Below are positions 59,961 through 64,000 of a stretch of 64,000 nt of DNA, in pieces (positions within the stretch are counted from its first letter, which is position 1; each line of letters starts with the position of its first letter). Origin of the DNA: Eledone cirrhosa (taxonomy: Eukaryota); contig OZ024741.1 of the NCBI GenBank assembly GCA_964016885.1, positions 302,126,001 to 302,190,000 of the forward strand. Reading direction: 5' to 3'. A model generated the notes under the pieces. That model was not told the origin of the DNA. It made no database searches and worked only from the letters and a program-made list of their open reading frames with translations. The position numbers and the translations under genes were made by a program.

Positions 59961-62689
59961 GATTGTATTTCAAAATAAGTAACTATATTAGCAGCGGTAC
60001 CCGGTCTAGTCTGGGTTTATATATAAAGCATCAGAAAAAGTCGCATAGCCTATTTCTCTTTTCTTGAAAAGGTGAGTCCCTATGACGAATTTTAACTAGC
60101 TAAGTGCAAAACTGTGGCCTACAACTTGTATCAAACGCACATTCACTTTTACATATTACAAAATCATTGTGTTTAGGTGCAGAATAAAGCAAACTTAGAT
60201 AAGACAACTGCGGTAAACAGCACAATCGGGAATTGCCTCTTCTGAAACTTTAACGTCATAAATATTCTTTGAGGTATTCCATCCATGGGCCCTTATTTCC
60301 TAAGAATGTCTTGGGCATATAAAACTTGGCGGAGCCCATCCCTCTCCAAATCTAAATTCAGTTGATTTCTTCCAGAACTAGAGAGGAGAAGTGAGAAAGA
60401 TATAAAGGAAGAACCAACCTCAGTACTACACTGGTACTTAATCGACCTCGAAAGGGTGAAAAGTTAGGTTGACCTCGGCGTGATTTGAACTTAAACGAAT
60501 AGCGCGCAACATTCTGTCCAATTTCCAACGACTCGGTCAATTTGCGACCTTATTGAGGAATTAAGGTAGGTGAGTAGTTTGTAATAAATATATCAATATG
60601 AAATGCCCAACACGTTTTAACACTTGCTTTTGGTATTAAAAGAATTATTCAATCGGTAAAGCAACACTGATAAATGGTAAAAAATATTTTTGAATAGACA
60701 GAAAAAATATACGTGTGTATTTTCAAAGGTGGCTTAACATAATTTACCTACCTTCTACAAAAACAAACAAACAAAACAAACGAATATTTACTTTCTCTTT
60801 AAAAAAAAGAAGAAAAACTGAAATAACGGAATGAATTAAAAAAGAACAACAATTATTTTTCTTGCTGGAGAATACTAATGAAGCTATCAATTAGAAATAT
60901 GAAATTTACCTTCGTGATAAAGTGATTAGAATTTCTCATCAGATCTCTCTCGTAAAGAGATTTTTTTATATCAACCTAAACACTGCTAATATCCTTCCGC
61001 GCAATAAAGTATAATTTACTTCCACCCTGCGCACAAAATCAACTATTTATTTGTTAAAAAATCAAAAAGCGAAATATTTAACAGTTGTAAAAAACAAAAT
61101 GGAAATAAAAGAATATTGTGAAGTCGCTTCAGAAATTTAATAATTTTCAAAATAACTTCCTTGAATAAAATAAATAGCAAGTGTATATATGGAAAGCTTT
61201 AATGCCATGAAATATATTCACAACTTCATGACTTTAAAGTTAAACAAAAAAAGATTAAAAAAAAAGAAACAGACAGAATTTATATTTAGAAAAATATATT
61301 AGTAATAAATTAATTAAAAAGTATATATTTAATGATTATTATCAATGTAATTGAAAAATTAATTTTAGTACTTATTGTGATCCATACATGTAATAAGCTA
61401 GGCATTGTCAGTTTCGTGTTTTCGTACTACTTTTATCTTATGCTTGACTTATAAACGTGTTTTCTACCGGCAGTTTTGGATACATTTTTCTTAAGTTTGC
61501 ATGTAAGTAAAGCATTTAATTTTATTTCATTGTTTTAATGAATGTTAATTATTTATTCATGCATTAGTAATTTTTCGAATAGTCTAATTTCTTCTGATTA
61601 GTTTGCAATGAAACTTGCAAAGTAGCCAGCTTACCAGCAATGACAACGATCCTGTCTCTGTATATATACACACAGAAATATACATCTATACATACATACA
61701 TATACAAAGAGAGAACATATATATGGACTTTATTTTAGATGGTAGCATCACATTTTCTTGATTTTTCATTCTAGTGTTATCTATTTAATGTATATGGTCG
61801 TCTCTATCTAAGCTATCACACTAAGCCTTACTACACCAATATCTCTTATTATAATAGTCTCGTTAGTGTGAATCACTGGCTCCGGTCGCCATTTTGCCAT
61901 CACTGTAACTTAACCAAACATCGTTGTTGATGCTGAATTATATATATAAATAAATACTACTCTCTCTCTCTTCCTCACTTATACACACATTCTTTCTGTA
62001 TGTACACATACACACATATATATGTATGCATATATACACGTATGTATCTATCTATCTATATATATATATATATATATAGTAAACTTTGTCTCTCTCCATT
62101 CTTTTATTTTAATCATTATTTCAACACAATTGACTTAAACCTTCCCTCTGATTTGTTCATGTATTTCCAACCATTTGTAAAATGCCTGAGAGTGTTTTCA
62201 TCGTTATGACATCGTTTCCTTTGACGATTTTTCCTTTTTGGAAATTAAATGGGGAGCCAGTAAGTGACCTTCGTTCGTGCCACAACTCTCTCTGTTGTGG
62301 CCTATATGTTAATGAGACAAGCAATTCAATAACAGTTCAGTATTATCCCCTTTAATTCCATAACATTTTTTTTTTCGATATATTTATAGTGATTCAACTT
62401 GACATAATAAAATGTGGTAGATAATGTCCCTTCCCCATCCAATCGTGATTACAAATCGGACAGTTTTTTTTTCCTGATAAACATAGCCCAACCTGTATGT
62501 GAATTGTAGTTATTGTTCGAAACTGATGCAGTTCCCTCAGTACTCTCGCATGAGAGACCACTCAATCAACGATTTCCACTTGCTAATCTGCTTGCTATTA
62601 TTTTTATTCTCAAATATCTTCTTTACTTGTCAATCTAATTATATTTATGTATGTGTAGGCTTGCCTCAAAAATTATTTGTAGCAATATA

Positions 62690-62960
62690 TATATATATAG
62701 TTTAATATCTCTTTTTTAAATGTGTTTTGTGTGATTCCTTTTATGAGCGGCGTTTATGTATGTATTTATATGTGTGTATATATATATATTTATATATATA
62801 TATATTTATATATTATATATATATATTTTATGTATGATAACCCTTATATATATATATATATTTATATAATATATAAATAAATATATATATATTTATATAT
62901 ATATATATATTGTTATACTTTGGGAGGGTCATGTTGCCAATAAGATATATATATATAAAT

Positions 62961-63011
<51 letters not shown>

Positions 63012-63054
63012 AATATATATAAATATAAATATAAATATATATATATATAAATAA

Positions 63055-63087
<33 letters not shown>

Positions 63088-63225
63088 TATATATATATAT
63101 ATAAATAAATATATATATATATATATAAATAAATATATATATATATATATAAATAAATATATATATATATATAAATAAATATATATATATATATTATATA
63201 TATTTATATATATATATATTATATA

Positions 63226-63267
<42 letters not shown>

Positions 63268-63273
63268 TATATA

Positions 63274-63321
<48 letters not shown>

Positions 63322-63335
63322 ATATTATATATATT

Positions 63336-63386
<51 letters not shown>

Positions 63387-63456
63387 TATATATTTATATA
63401 TATATATATATATATATTATATATTTATATATATATATATATATATATTATATATT

Positions 63457-63491
<35 letters not shown>

Positions 63492-63941
63492 ATATATATA
63501 TATATATATTATATATATATATATATATATATTTATTTATATTTTATATATATTTATATATTTTTTATATATTTTATATATATTTATATATTATATATAT
63601 TTATTTATATATTACATATATTTATTTATATATTATATATATTTATATATTATATATATTTATATATATATTTATTTATATATTATATATATTTATATAT
63701 TATATATATTTATATATATATATATTATATATATATATATATTATATATATATTATATATATTTATATATATATTATATATATTTATATATATATTATAT
63801 ATATTATATATTATATATATATTATATATATATTATATATATATTATATATATTTATATATATATTATATATATTTATATATATATTATATATATTATAT
63901 ATATTATATATATTATATATTATATATATATTATATATATT

Positions 63942-63972
<31 letters not shown>

Positions 63973-64000
63973 TATATATATTTATATATATATTATATAT
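62690..64000. repeat. Long imperfect (TA)n low-complexity array running off the window end
   Basis: More than 1 kb of TA interrupted by TAAA units (first part) and TTA/TTTA units (later part). Confidence 0.97.

Overview
AT-rich, intron-rich animal genomic DNA; the SINE, RTE and (TA)n repeat landscape suggests a coleoid cephalopod such as octopus (inference). One host gene is supported: PLAA/Doa1/Ufd3 (WD40-PFU-PUL). I reconstructed it on the + strand as 12 GT-AG exons from ATG 9549 to TAA 40112; all phases are compatible, giving 2244 nt and 747 aa. Most of the rest is transposon-derived: two young, oppositely oriented RTE LINEs whose RT contains a PHD-type finger, a young CR1 LINE, full-length mariner and hAT relics, Penelope, Gypsy, CRE-like and FLYWCH/Mutator fragments, several MITE families, tRNA-derived SINEs, Helitron-like mini-elements and a terminal TA-rich array. 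The best leads are a type I hammerhead ribozyme at 185-234 with two degenerate relatives, the PHD finger inside the RTE RT, inverted LINE pairs bracketing PLAA exons (dsRNA, editing or circRNA potential), paralogous intron flanks around the non-homologous exons 6 and 8, and two clear retrotransposition fossils (a 5' snap-back hairpin and a 21-nt insertion with a 19-bp TSD). Family names come from motifs recognised by eye; no database searches were run.
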